A stretch of 64,000 nt of DNA from an uncultured Candidatus Saccharibacteria bacterium (GCA_965230955.1 OZ246404.1:33184-97183), one strand, 5' to 3'. Shown: positions 30,151-40,078, counted from the stretch's first letter. The notes: generated from the letters alone by a model not told the origin. Program-made: numbers and translations.

Positions 30151-31359
30151 ATGAACTGGAGTTTCATCACAAAGAATTGGATCGCAAAACTGCTGTGCCT
30201 TCTATTGGCGCTGGGGTTGTGGTTTTATATTGCCAATGAGGGATTTCAATTACAAAAAGTGGCCGGCGGCGTGCCGCTGGAGACCGCTAATTTAGACAAT
30301 GGTTTGGCGGTGACGGAAGATTTGGGGACGGTGCAATTGTCCGTTCGCCCTCAACAGGGATTGCGCAAGAGTATTTCTCCAGATAGTTTTGAAGCTTATG
30401 TCGACCTGGAAGGTCTGGGCGTCGGCGCTTACGAACTCCCGGTAAAGGTTTCGTCGAGCGATACTGAGATTCAGGTTTTGGAAATAAATCCGAGCAAGGT
30501 CAAGGTGACGCTTGATCGCAAAGTCACCAAAGCATTTTCAGTCACGGCTAAAGTTGAGGGGCAAGTCGGGACCGGCTACCTGGTGGGGGACTCAAAAATT
30601 TCTCCGACGGAAGTTGTTGTCTCGGGCGCCGAAGGTTTGGTCGGTTCGATTGCGACGGTCGTGGCGGATGTAAAATTGGTCGGCGATCTGTCGGAGATTC
30701 GTAAAACCGTTGAATTGAAAGCGATTTCCACGGCCGGCCAAGTGATAAAAAACGTGACCATTGAGCCGAAAACAGCCGAGATTACGATAGGCGTTTCCCA
30801 GGAATCCGATGTCAAAACGGTGGGTGTGAAAGTCAAAACCATAAACCAGCCCAAAGACGGTTATTTCATAAAAAGTTTGACGGCCAATCCGAGCACGGTT
30901 GTTTTGCGCGGCCAGCGCGACGTTTTGCAGCCGATCGAATATATCGAAACGAAAGAAGTGGATCTGAAAGATTTGACTAGCAGTACGGAGCGCACCGTCG
31001 GTCTGATTTTACCGGAGGGCGCTATCCTGGATGGTTCGGAAACCGTGAAAATTTCGATTGCCATTGACGGCAATGAATCGACCCGGGGCATGAGCGGCAT
31101 TTTTGAATTCAAAAACCTGGGCGGGAATCTGAAAATCGATTCTTTTTCGCCAACCAAGGCGGCTGTGACCGTCAAAGGCAAAGCGGGGCGTTTGTCCTCA
31201 TTGACCGAGCGCGATGTGCGTGTTATCGTTGACCTGGCCGGTAAAGGCGAAGGAACTTTTACGATCGGCCTGAACAAAGGTAATGTCGTTTTGCCGGATG
31301 AAGTGGCGCTGGAAAGTCTGGATGTGAAGGAGATACAAGTGACAATCAAAAATAAGTAA
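30151..31359 (+). CDS. cdaR: CdaR/YbbR-repeat regulator
   Basis: NWIAKLLCLLLALGLW TM plus repeated YbbR-like domains; follows cdaA. Confidence 0.9.
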   Translation: MNWSFITKNWIAKLLCLLLALGLWFYIANEGFQLQKVAGGVPLETANLDNGLAVTEDLGTVQLSVRPQQGLRKSISPDSFEAYVDLEGLGVGAYELPVKVSSSDTEIQVLEINPSKVKVTLDRKVTKAFSVTAKVEGQVGTGYLVGDSKISPTEVVVSGAEGLVGSIATVVADVKLVGDLSEIRKTVELKAISTAGQVIKNVTIEPKTAEITIGVSQESDVKTVGVKVKTINQPKDGYFIKSLTANPSTVVLRGQRDVLQPIEYIETKEVDLKDLTSSTERTVGLILPEGAILDGSETVKISIAIDGNESTRGMSGIFEFKNLGGNLKIDSFSPTKAAVTVKGKAGRLSSLTERDVRVIVDLAGKGEGTFTIGLNKGNVVLPDEVALESLDVKEIQVTIKNK

Positions 31360-31428
31360 AAAGTCAAAAATCAAAAGTCAAAAGTTCGATGATCCGCTTT
31401 TGACCTTTGACTTTTAACTTTTGACTTA
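31355..31428. repeat. inverted heptamer array (AAAAGTC)n...(GACTTTT)n
   Basis: Spans cdaR stop to 5 nt before clpP ATG. Confidence 0.9.
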
Positions 31429-31433
31429 ATTTT

Positions 31434-32009
31434 ATGAATCTCATTCCAACTGTCATCGAAAAATCAAGCTTCGGCGAACGCGCCTACGACATTTATTCCC
31501 GCTTGCTCAAGGATCGTATCATTATGCTGGGCGGCCCGGTGGATGACGACGTGGCCAATATCATTATCGCCCAGATGCTTTTTCTGGAAAGCGAAGACAA
31601 GACCAAGGACATACATTTTTACATCAATAGCCCCGGCGGATCGGTCACGGCGGGTTTGGCGATTTATGACACAATGCAGCATATCAAGCCAAACGTTTCT
31701 ACGATCTGCGTCGGTCTGGCGGCTTCCATGGGCGCTTTCCTTTTGGCGGCGGGACACCCGGGCAAGCGTTTTGCTCTGCCGAACTCCGAGATTCTGATTC
31801 ATCAAGTCATGGGTGGAGCCGAGGGTCAGGCGGTTGATGTCGAGATTCGCGCGCGCCATATGATTCGTATCAAGGAAAGATTGGAACGGCTCTTGGCAAA
31901 GCACACCGGCCAACCCTTGAAAAAAGTGGCCGATGATACCGACCGCGACTATCACATGGACGCGGAAGAAGCGCGGAAGTATGGGATTATTGATAAAGTA
32001 TTAAAGTAA
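31434..32009 (+). CDS. clpP: Clp protease proteolytic subunit
   Basis: [28 protein letters not shown]. Confidence 0.98.
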   Translation: MNLIPTVIEKSSFGERAYDIYSRLLKDRIIMLGGPVDDDVANIIIAQMLFLESEDKTKDIHFYINSPGGSVTAGLAIYDTMQHIKPNVSTICVGLAASMGAFLLAAGHPGKRFALPNSEILIHQVMGGAEGQAVDVEIRARHMIRIKERLERLLAKHTGQPLKKVADDTDRDYHMDAEEARKYGIIDKVLK

Positions 32010-32125
32010 TTCAAAATTCAGAATTCAAAATGCAAAATCAGGGCGGGCGACAGGGCTCGCCCTTTGTGTTTGACAATCAATAGAGTAAGGGTAAGATGGG
32101 GGCAGCAACCTCAGGAGGTGAAAGT

Positions 32126-32365
32126 ATGAAATGGAAACGACGGATTTTGTTGACTCTAGGCTGCCTATTTCTTGCCGCCGCCATAATCGTGCTGGGAATT
32201 TCCGGGATATATTCCGAATTTGGCATGAGAGGGGAAACTCTGAAATATCTGGCGATCGCGGTGGGATTGGTGGCGATTTGTCTCGGGCTTGCCTATTGGG
32301 GAGATGATATTCGAATCGTTAAACCTGATCCACCAGTTAATCGAGCCAAGCCGAAATCAATCTAG
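32126..32365 (+). CDS. orphan 2-TM protein
   Basis: AGGAGGTG SD; TTGACA-16-TAAGAT at 32070; downstream hairpin. Confidence 0.7.
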   Translation: MKWKRRILLTLGCLFLAAAIIVLGISGIYSEFGMRGETLKYLAIAVGLVAICLGLAYWGDDIRIVKPDPPVNRAKPKSI

Positions 32366-32470
32366 CAGTCTGTGCATCTCAAAGCCTTGATGTCTCATCA
32401 GGGCTTTATTATTGACAAAGGAATTTCGTATGCGATACTAAAATCAAACTTGTCAGAAAAGGAGGATCAT

Positions 32471-32569
32471 ATGCCGAGGCGAATTAAGGACGAAAAGTAT
32501 TATCCAATGGCTCGCCCGGATGACCAGGACAGAATTACTTCAGCCAACTCCGTGCCAGCTGATGATTGA
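32471..32569 (+). CDS. 32-aa orphan peptide
   Basis: AAGGAGG SD; TTGACA-16-GATACT at 32412; terminator 32584-32613. Confidence 0.45.
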   Translation: MPRRIKDEKYYPMARPDDQDRITSANSVPADD

Positions 32570-32583
32570 TAATCAGTGTCGGC

Positions 32584-32613
32584 ACAGCGCTTCCTTCCGG
32601 AGGCGCTTTTTAT
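32584..32613 (+). terminator. intrinsic terminator, identical to 33351-33380
   Basis: ACAGCGCTTCCTTCCGGAGGCGCTTTTTAT. Confidence 0.8.
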
Positions 32614-32706
32614 ATTACCGTCAGGAATCGGCCTTATTTTATTTTCTTGACAAGAAAGTAGATACTCGCCATACTGCTCTAAACCCTAGCCGAAAAGGAG
32701 GCTGAT

Positions 32707-33330
32707 ATGGCAAAAGGTTGGAAAACTCTGGTGTTAGTGGGTTGTATGGTATTGATATTTTCGCTTATGCTTTGGCGGGCAGGTGTTGGTTCGATCGGTG
32801 AGCCTGACAAGTCTGCCATAAAATTCCACAACGATGTCATCTTTCTTGGTTTAATCCCTTTCCTTGTACCGGTTCTCTGGCTGTCATTGATTCACATTGC
32901 TCACCGCCGGCCCCCGATGTGGATACCGATTGTATGTATTCTGGTCTATCTTCTTGTGTCCTCTGTCTTTTACACCGGCGGCCAGGAAGTTGTCTTTGTG
33001 CAGAATGGGCAGGTCAAGACGGTCTGTCTGGTTACCCCTTTTCTCAGTGAATTGCAGGCGGTACCGGTACACTATGTCATCGAGGCGGAATGTTGTCCGG
33101 AACAGCCCGGGAAGATAGGGGCTCGACTGGATTTCTACCCGGATCGTTCACTCTGGACACAATTTGAGCCGGTCGCGATTCGGAAAATTTTTCAGACGAA
33201 AGTCGAGAAAAGTTTATCGGAGGTTTCCGATGTTGATTGGAAAAGCCTGGATCGCCTGAAAGATGATCTGTTGCAAGTGCCCGAAAACTTACCCGGAAAA
33301 ATCAAAGTACAAGTCACCGTATCAATGTAA
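32707..33330 (+). CDS. orphan membrane protein
   Basis: AAGGAGG SD; TTGACA-17-CATACT; 3 TM. Confidence 0.7.
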   Translation: MAKGWKTLVLVGCMVLIFSLMLWRAGVGSIGEPDKSAIKFHNDVIFLGLIPFLVPVLWLSLIHIAHRRPPMWIPIVCILVYLLVSSVFYTGGQEVVFVQNGQVKTVCLVTPFLSELQAVPVHYVIEAECCPEQPGKIGARLDFYPDRSLWTQFEPVAIRKIFQTKVEKSLSEVSDVDWKSLDRLKDDLLQVPENLPGKIKVQVTVSM

Positions 33331-33350
33331 ACGAGGTGATCAATTTGAAA

Positions 33351-33380
33351 ACAGCGCTTCCTTCCGGAGGCGCTTTTTAT
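33351..33380 (+). terminator. intrinsic terminator, identical to 32584-32613
   Basis: 30-nt exact duplicate. Confidence 0.8.
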
Positions 33381-33440
33381 TTGACAAAGGTCATTTTTGT
33401 GCAATACTGAGCTCAAACAATGCCATCAAAGGAGGTATTC

Positions 33441-33953
33441 ATGGCAAAAAAATGGATAGCACTGGTAGCTATAGCGGTTTTGTTTTCTCTTGTGACATTA
33501 GGGTGGCGGGTTTTTCTGAGGCCGCTGATTTTTCCAGAAATTGAATCGGCCAGTATCTTGGCGTGGGTAATCGACATTGGTTTGGGATCACTGATGATGC
33601 TTATGTTTATCGGATTAATGATGTACATTGGCATTCTGGATGCGTGGAAAAATGATCGGTTGACCCTGGAAAAAGAATTACTCCGTCGGGCCGAGAGAGC
33701 GCGAACTTTGGCCGGCCAGTCTCTAAAGGGTTTTGAGCAAGTGACCCTCTCGGATCTCGGCGGTCAGACAGACGATGCGGGAAATCTCTATGTGATATTT
33801 CATCATGGCATGGAGAGTCTCCTGATCCGTGGTCGGTCCTGGAGGCACCAGCTATTTGGCCGACCCAAGGCGCGAGAGGTCAATGTAACGTTGTCTGATG
33901 TTGGCCTGGTACATCCGGTCCAACAGGAAGTGCGTGTACGTAGCGGACTATGA
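33441..33953 (+). CDS. orphan membrane protein
   Basis: AAGGAGGT SD; TTGACA-16-AATACT at 33381; 2 TM. Confidence 0.7.
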   Translation: MAKKWIALVAIAVLFSLVTLGWRVFLRPLIFPEIESASILAWVIDIGLGSLMMLMFIGLMMYIGILDAWKNDRLTLEKELLRRAERARTLAGQSLKGFEQVTLSDLGGQTDDAGNLYVIFHHGMESLLIRGRSWRHQLFGRPKAREVNVTLSDVGLVHPVQQEVRVRSGL

Positions 33954-34083
33954 AAAGTGGACCATTATCTCTTGCCGGCAGCCGGCAGGTATAATGGTCC
34001 TTTTACATTTGACAACAAAAAACGGCGGTGCTAGAGATATATCCAACGGTCTTGTTTTTTCACCGAAGCAAAGGAGGAAAGCG

Positions 34084-34614
34084 ATGAAGATGTGGTGGAT
34101 ATGGGTTATATTGGTATCGGTCACGGTTTCTGCCGGAGATTGTCCCAGAGAAAGAGCGATCACGGCGCTGTTTCCTGACCTGTCGGCGGAAGTTTTGCAA
34201 GAAGTTTGCGCCGGGCTGGAGGGTAACAAACAGTTGAATAATTTGCTGGGTCAGGCTCGCCGGGCAAAAATGGATGATTGGGGACGAGTAGTGATCAAAC
34301 TGGCTTATCTGGACAATTTGCGCCGAACGGTAAAAAAGACGGTGGAAAACGTGCCTGACAGCGGGGAGCTTCCGCTTGAAAATCAGCGCTTTTTCCAGAA
34401 AGTCACCGATATTTTCGCCCATCTGCAGAAAGACTGGATCAGAGCGCTTGGCCAGAGTAGCCTGATCAAACACCGACCGGAAGACTGCAGGGCAAGTCGT
34501 GAAGTGCTTTCATCTGAGTGTGTCGAGGAATATCGGCTTTTGAGTCTCAGTCTGAAATCATTTATCGGACAACAAGCCGATTTGGCCGCCGCTCATATCA
34601 AAGTTGGGCGTTGA
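34084..34614 (+). CDS. orphan secreted helical protein
   Basis: AAGGAGG SD; signal peptide MKMWWIWVILVSVTVSA; TTGACA at 34009. Confidence 0.7.
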   Translation: MKMWWIWVILVSVTVSAGDCPRERAITALFPDLSAEVLQEVCAGLEGNKQLNNLLGQARRAKMDDWGRVVIKLAYLDNLRRTVKKTVENVPDSGELPLENQRFFQKVTDIFAHLQKDWIRALGQSSLIKHRPEDCRASREVLSSECVEEYRLLSLSLKSFIGQQADLAAAHIKVGR

Positions 34615-34772
34615 ATCAGTGAAATCGATGTGTTCTCCTCTGGAAACGGGGGAGAATTTTTTTTGGCGCGAATTTTGCGGTTTCTTGACGCTAATCCTGG
34701 GCTGGGGTAATATGGGAACAGGAATTTATCCTCCTTCGCCCGCCGGTCGGTGGGCTACGAAGGACTTTGTCA

Positions 34773-34986
34773 GTTAATTTTCGGTGTTTAGCGTGTTGGT
34801 CGGAGATACGGAAGTTAGTCTTATTTAAACTTTTTTCTCCTTGGAGAGCCAAAATAGCAATTCGCCCCTTTACTGGTCGGGATAGCTCTCCCTACAAAAC
34901 ACAATGTCACTCTTTATCCGTCAACTTGAAGCGGAAATCTAATTACGCCCTGCGGGCGGGTTTTAGAGTAGACGACACCGAGCAAC
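34773..34986 (+). ncRNA. ssrS: probable 6S RNA
   Basis: About 210-nt rod: TCGGTGT/ACACCGA closing stem, ACGGA/TCCGT, GGAGAGC/GCTCTCC apical stem, 3' GCGGGTT; directly upstream of rny. Confidence 0.65.
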
Positions 34987-34996
34987 CTAAATTTTT

Positions 34997-36526
34997 ATGG
35001 AAACCATTATCGGGATCATCTTAGGTGTTATTGGTATTGCTGTTGGCGCCGGAATCGGTTATGCGGTTCGCCAAAGTTTGGCTAAAAAATCGGTGGACAG
35101 CGCCGAAGCCAAAGCAGAAAAACTGATTGAAGAAGCCAAATCAAAGCAAAAAGAACTCTTGCTCGAGGCCAATGAAAAATCAATCAAAGTGATTGAAGAA
35201 GCCAAAAGCGAGGAAAAAGAACGTCGTAATCAATTGATAGAAATCGAGCGGCGGGTGGAACGTCGGGAAGAATTGATCGATCGCAAGTACGATGAACTGG
35301 ATAAAAAAGATCAAGAGCTGAATCAGCGCTTGCAAAAAGCGCGCGATGTCCGCAAGGAATTGGATGAAATCCGCCTCCAACAATTGGCCAAACTGGAAAA
35401 GGTAGCCGGTTTGTCGCGCGACAAAGCGAAAGAATTGATGCTGGAACTGACGGAGAAGGATATGAAAGATCGTTTACTGAAGCGTATCCGTCAATTGGAA
35501 GCGGAAGGCGAAGAAGCCTTCGAAGAAAAATCACGCGAAATTCTGAATCTGGCGATCCAGCGGATTGCCACTTCGCACACTTCGGAATCGACCGCCACGA
35601 CGGTGGCTTTGCCCAACGATGAAATGAAAGGCCGGATTATCGGACGCGAAGGTCGTAATATCAAAGCGCTGGAAACATTGACCGGCGTTGAAATCGTGGT
35701 TGATGATACGCCGGAAGCGATTGTTATTTCCGGTTTTAATCCGATTCGCCGCCAAGTGGCCAAGATGGCTCTGGAAAAATTGATGGCCGACGGTCGGATT
35801 CATCCTTCCCGGATTGAAGATTCGATTATCGAAGCCAAAAAAGCGATCGCGAAAAATATCAAAGAAGCCGGCGAAGCGGTGGTCTATGATGTCGGTATTG
35901 CCGGAGTCGATCCGAAATTGGTCAGTTTGCTGGGACGCTTGAAATATCGCACCAGCTACGGCCAAAATGTTTTGAAACATTCTTTGGAAGTCGCCCACAT
36001 TTCCCGCATCTTGGCGGAAGAATTGGGGGCGGACGTGACTATTGCCAAAACCGCCGGTTTGTTCCATGACATCGGCAAGGCGGTTGATCATGAAATTCAG
36101 GGCACTCATATTGAAATCGGCCGCGATATTCTGAAACGCTTTAGTTTCGATGAAAAAGTCATCCACGCGATCGAAGCTCATCATGAAGATGTCCCGTGCA
36201 AATCGGTCGAAGCGATAATCGTCAAAGTGGCTGATGCCATCTCGGCTTCTCGGCCCGGCGCGCGCCGCGACTCTTATGAAGAATATATCAAGCGTCTGGA
36301 AGATTTGGAGAATGTAGCGCTCTCTTTCCCGGGTATCGAAAAAGCCTACGCCATTCAGGCCGGTCGCGAAGTGCGTGTCTTTGTCCAGCCGAACGAAATT
36401 GACGATTTCGGCGCCCAAAAGATTGCACGCCAAATCGCCGACAAAGTTGAAGCCAATCTGAAATATCCCGGTGAAATCAAAGTGACCGTCATCCGCGAGA
36501 TGCGGGTGGAAGATTACGCCAGATAA
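34997..36526 (+). CDS. rny: ribonuclease Y
   Basis: TM, coiled coil, KH (KGRIIGREGRN), HD (FHDIGK). Confidence 0.98.
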   Translation: METIIGIILGVIGIAVGAGIGYAVRQSLAKKSVDSAEAKAEKLIEEAKSKQKELLLEANEKSIKVIEEAKSEEKERRNQLIEIERRVERREELIDRKYDELDKKDQELNQRLQKARDVRKELDEIRLQQLAKLEKVAGLSRDKAKELMLELTEKDMKDRLLKRIRQLEAEGEEAFEEKSREILNLAIQRIATSHTSESTATTVALPNDEMKGRIIGREGRNIKALETLTGVEIVVDDTPEAIVISGFNPIRRQVAKMALEKLMADGRIHPSRIEDSIIEAKKAIAKNIKEAGEAVVYDVGIAGVDPKLVSLLGRLKYRTSYGQNVLKHSLEVAHISRILAEELGADVTIAKTAGLFHDIGKAVDHEIQGTHIEIGRDILKRFSFDEKVIHAIEAHHEDVPCKSVEAIIVKVADAISASRPGARRDSYEEYIKRLEDLENVALSFPGIEKAYAIQAGREVRVFVQPNEIDDFGAQKIARQIADKVEANLKYPGEIKVTVIREMRVEDYAR

Positions 36527-36529
36527 AAG

Positions 36530-36597
36530 TGTAGGGGCAGGCCCATGTGCCTGCCCTTCGTTAGAGAATAGGGCGGACGCATTTAGCCGCCCCTACA
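36530..36597. repeat. GTAG-type REP doublet (REPIN-like)
   Basis: TGTAGGGGC...GCCCCTACA with two internal hairpins. Confidence 0.75.
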
Positions 36598-36604
36598 AAG
36601 ATTC

Positions 36605-37402
36605 ATGAAAATATTATTTTTCGGCGACATTGTGGGTAAAGCCGGCCGACACGCGGTCAAGGCGGTTTTGCCGAAGTTGCGAGCGCAGTATGAACCTGAT
36701 TTGGTGATTGCCAATGCGGAAAATTTGGCGCACGGATTGGGGGTGACTCGGCGCACTCTTGAAGAAATGACCGATGCCGGCGTGAATTTTTTTACCAGCG
36801 GCAATCACATCTGGCAGCAAAAAGAAGCGGAAGAGCTGTTGCGCGATAAAAGCATCCCGCTGATTCGCCCGGCTAATTATCCGTCGGAAACACCGGGCGA
36901 CGGTTATCGGATTATTGAAGTGGGTGTTGGTAAATTTGCTTTGATCATCAGTCTGCTGGGGCAGACTTTTTTTGATGAAAATCTTGATTCGCCGATGCGG
37001 ACTATGGATAAAATTCTGGCGGAAACAAAAAACAAAAAAATCCACGCCGTGATAGTCGATTTTCATAAAGAAGTGACCAGTGAAATTCAGGCTCTCGGGT
37101 TTTACCTGGATGGCCGAGTCTCGGCGGTACTGGGGACGCACACTCATATTCCGACCGCGGATGAACGAATTTTGCCGCGCGGGACGGGGTTTATCACCGA
37201 TGTCGGAATGGCCGGCGTGCGCGATACTTCGTTGGGGGTGGATGTTCAGCAAGTCATTAAATGGATGCTGACCCAGCGACCGGTAAAATTTGATCGGCCG
37301 GAAGAAGGCCTGTGTCGCGTTGACGCGGTGGTGATCGATATCGATCCGGCTAGTCGCCAAGCCAAATCAATCGAAAGAATTAATTTAGAAGTGGAAGTCT
37401 GA
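36605..37402 (+). CDS. ymdB: YmdB-family metallophosphoesterase
   Basis: GDIVGKAGR, NAEN, SGNH, RPANY, DFH, GTHTH; follows rny. Confidence 0.93.
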   Translation: MKILFFGDIVGKAGRHAVKAVLPKLRAQYEPDLVIANAENLAHGLGVTRRTLEEMTDAGVNFFTSGNHIWQQKEAEELLRDKSIPLIRPANYPSETPGDGYRIIEVGVGKFALIISLLGQTFFDENLDSPMRTMDKILAETKNKKIHAVIVDFHKEVTSEIQALGFYLDGRVSAVLGTHTHIPTADERILPRGTGFITDVGMAGVRDTSLGVDVQQVIKWMLTQRPVKFDRPEEGLCRVDAVVIDIDPASRQAKSIERINLEVEV

Positions 37403-37405
37403 AGA

Positions 37406-37621
37406 AGATATTAAGAAGAATAAGAGTATTAAGATATTAAGAACATTAAGATATTAAGAACATTAAGATATTAAGAATGTTAAGATATTAAGAGTATTAA
37501 GAGGCTGGTAAACAAAGGGAATTTAATATGAGCGCTAACCTCTTAACGTTCTTAATATCTTAATTCTCTTAATATCTTAGTATCTTAACGTTCTTAATTC
37601 TCTTAATATCTTAATATCTTT
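37406..37621. repeat. long inverted 17-nt-period array (GATATTAAGAACATTAA)n
   Basis: About 100-nt and 80-nt complementary arms. Confidence 0.92.
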
Positions 37622-37785
37622 TCCGGGTGCTAGATTAGCGGACTTTGTTTGCACTGCCAGAGGTTTTTTGCTAGAATAAGCTCAAAAGTCGTGAAAGTGT
37701 GTGGATAAGCCAATTCATAATTTTTCCCTAAGCTCTGACAGGCCAGAAATGGCTTAGTAGAGCCAAAAGAAAGGGGGTGAATATC

Positions 37786-38061
37786 ATGACCAAGCAAGAC
37801 TTAATCGACAAAATGGCGGAAAAAGCAGCCATCAGCAAGAAAGCTGCTGAAGATGCCATGGAATCTTTGATGGAGAACATCACCAAGGCTTTGCAGAGTG
37901 GCGACAAAGTTGCCATTACCGGTTTCGGTGTTTTCTCAGTTTCTCAGCGCAAAGCGCGCACCGGCGTCAACCCGCAAAAACCGACCGAGAAGATCCAAAT
38001 CCCGGCCGTGAAAGTTCCGAAATTCAAGGCGGGCAAGACCTTGAAAGACGCGATCAAATAA
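37786..38061 (+). CDS. hup: DNA-binding protein HU
   Basis: MTKQDLI, GFGVF, RKARTGVNP, PKFKAGK. Confidence 0.96.
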   Translation: MTKQDLIDKMAEKAAISKKAAEDAMESLMENITKALQSGDKVAITGFGVFSVSQRKARTGVNPQKPTEKIQIPAVKVPKFKAGKTLKDAIK

Positions 38062-38297
38062 TTACCCGAGCCCTGAGGCTTCCCGAAGGGTCGATGGGTA
38101 GTTATGATTTGTGAATACAAACAAAGGCCCCAGCACTTAGTGTGCCGGGGTTTTTGTTATGTTTTGCTTATTATTTTTTCGACGTATATCGGCCGGCCGG
38201 TTCGCCGGTAGTCCTTGACATATTTTCGTGATTTTGATTAGATGGACAGTTGATTCCATCGGCCATACCGATAAAACAATCGGGAAAGGAGGATTTT

Positions 38298-39101
38298 ATG
38301 GCGTCCGAGGAAAGAACTCGTGAATCGGAAGAGTTGATTCGCCGTATCCGTTTGCGAGATTTTCAAAATGCGCAAGAGTGTCGAGAAATTCTGGAATACT
38401 TGCTCTTCGGGGGTGAATTGTTTGAGCCCCAAGGTTTCTCGGCCATGTGGGAACTGCTGTTTCACTACCGTAAAATGTATCCAGACATTTGCCCGCTGGC
38501 AGCGGAGCTGGCCCGGTTTCTGGGTGATGATTTTCTGCCCCGGCTACTCGAAGAAACGGAGCGATTGCTGGTAAATTCGGAAGTGGACGGCACCGGGAGC
38601 GCTCTTGGCTTGGGCTTCATTTTCGGTCAGTTGCTGGTATTTTATGAGTATTACCCACAAGAATGGAAGCTGACAGGGCAACAGGCTGTTTTCCAGTTTC
38701 TGGAAATGCTTTGGAGTCGTTTCGATTTCGACGGCGAAAAGCAGCGTGCGGTGGGTGAGGCTTGCTTTCGGGTCCAACACTGGAACTTGATTCGGAGCGG
38801 GAAGATGATCTGGCTGATTCCGATGATTTACCAGATTTGGAAGGTTCCGGAGGAGAAGCGGTTGAAACTGGCATGGCCGTATGAACAATGGCCGCTCGTG
38901 CGGAATCTCACCGTCTCCGATGCTTCATTGACTCAGCAAATTTTGTCGCATCTGAAGCGGGAATCGGCGCATTTGTATGCTGATTGGCAAAAGCTCCTGA
39001 TCATGAGCGAGCTGGTGCCGGATCTGGAGGCGCCGGAAATCCAGGTGACGATTCAGCTGATGATGCAGGCAAGCTTCAGCCTGGCTCTCTACGCCAAGTA
39101 A
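38298..39101 (+). CDS. orphan helical protein
   Basis: AAGGAGG SD before ATG 38298; TTGACA at 38215; terminator near 39112-39148. Confidence 0.7.
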   Translation: MASEERTRESEELIRRIRLRDFQNAQECREILEYLLFGGELFEPQGFSAMWELLFHYRKMYPDICPLAAELARFLGDDFLPRLLEETERLLVNSEVDGTGSALGLGFIFGQLLVFYEYYPQEWKLTGQQAVFQFLEMLWSRFDFDGEKQRAVGEACFRVQHWNLIRSGKMIWLIPMIYQIWKVPEEKRLKLAWPYEQWPLVRNLTVSDASLTQQILSHLKRESAHLYADWQKLLIMSELVPDLEAPEIQVTIQLMMQASFSLALYAK

Positions 39102-39151
39102 AAATGCACAACAAAGGCGGAAATTATTTTCCGCCTTTTCTTTTTTGGAAA

Positions 39152-40078
39152 TTATTCCGGCTTTTTCGAAAGATTGAAGCCGAGTTGGAGCATCAGCTTT
39201 TCATCTTTGATCAAACGTTCAATCGCCAGGGCTAATTCTTTTTTGTCGTTTATATCTTTTACTTTTAGGCACGTTTTTTCATTGACCAATTGGGCGAAAA
39301 GAGGATAATCGGGAACCACTAATGATTTCAAATATGGCAGAACCGCGTTTAGATCGCTGGTATCGGTGGCCTTGGCCGCGTACGGGAAAACAATAATATC
39401 GGCCAGATTAATGATGTATTTCAAATTTTCCGGATCGGTAGTTTTGATAAAGCGGACATTGTCCAAAACATTTATTTCTTTGGCCAGTTTCTTTAGTTTG
39501 GGAACTTCGCCGTCGCCTTCGCCCCAGGTAGTGATTAATAGTCTAAGGTTGATATTGGGGCAAAGATTAACCAGTATTGGTAAAACGTCCAGCAATAGTG
39601 AAAACTGCTTATATTTTTCTGGCTTGCCGTAGAGAAGCAGGACTCGATCGGTGGCGTTTATTTTCAGTTTTTCGCGGAAACGTTTGGCATAATCTTGTTC
39701 GATGTGCGGGGGTTCTTGTCCGAATTCCAGCGGCTGAATTGACGGCTGTTTGGGGCGAAAGATCAGCGCCAAAGCGACCAGTCCGGCAAAAACGATAATA
39801 TTAATCCAGAAAACCAGCCAGAAAGTTTGACCGGCCTGATTGATAAAATTGACCAAGAGCATCAAGATAGAGAAGAGGAAGCCGTAGCCCATGGCTTTCT
39901 TTTCGAATTCCTTGGCGCGCCAAGCCACGAAAAGACCGAGGAGCAGAGCGATGTAGCAGATATACAAAAAGACCGAAAGGTTTTCGGTGAATATTGCCCT
40001 GGCGCTGAGCAGAACATCGAAGAAAATCACGAATGAGGCCAGAGTGTAGATTAGATAGTTGCGGGTGCTTCTTTCCAT
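39152..40078 (-). CDS. 4-TM protein fused to a GT-B (GT4-like) C-terminal domain
   Basis: ADIIVFPY, ELALAIERLIKDE; degenerate nucleotide-sugar motif. Confidence 0.65.
   Translation of the reverse strand: MERSTRNYLIYTLASFVIFFDVLLSARAIFTENLSVFLYICYIALLLGLFVAWRAKEFEKKAMGYGFLFSILMLLVNFINQAGQTFWLVFWINIIVFAGLVALALIFRPKQPSIQPLEFGQEPPHIEQDYAKRFREKLKINATDRVLLLYGKPEKYKQFSLLLDVLPILVNLCPNINLRLLITTWGEGDGEVPKLKKLAKEINVLDNVRFIKTTDPENLKYIINLADIIVFPYAAKATDTSDLNAVLPYLKSLVVPDYPLFAQLVNEKTCLKVKDINDKKELALAIERLIKDEKLMLQLGFNLSKKPE

Noticed and set aside
35531-36433. 300-aa antisense ORF
   Set aside because: Shadow of rny; the same applies to other antisense ORFs over conserved genes
37406-37621. Possible CRISPR array
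   Set aside because: Contiguous 8/9-nt units with no unique spacers, an inverted second arm, and no cas genes
37700-37708. oriC from perfect DnaA box TGTGGATAA
   Set aside because: Single box near the hup promoter; no cluster
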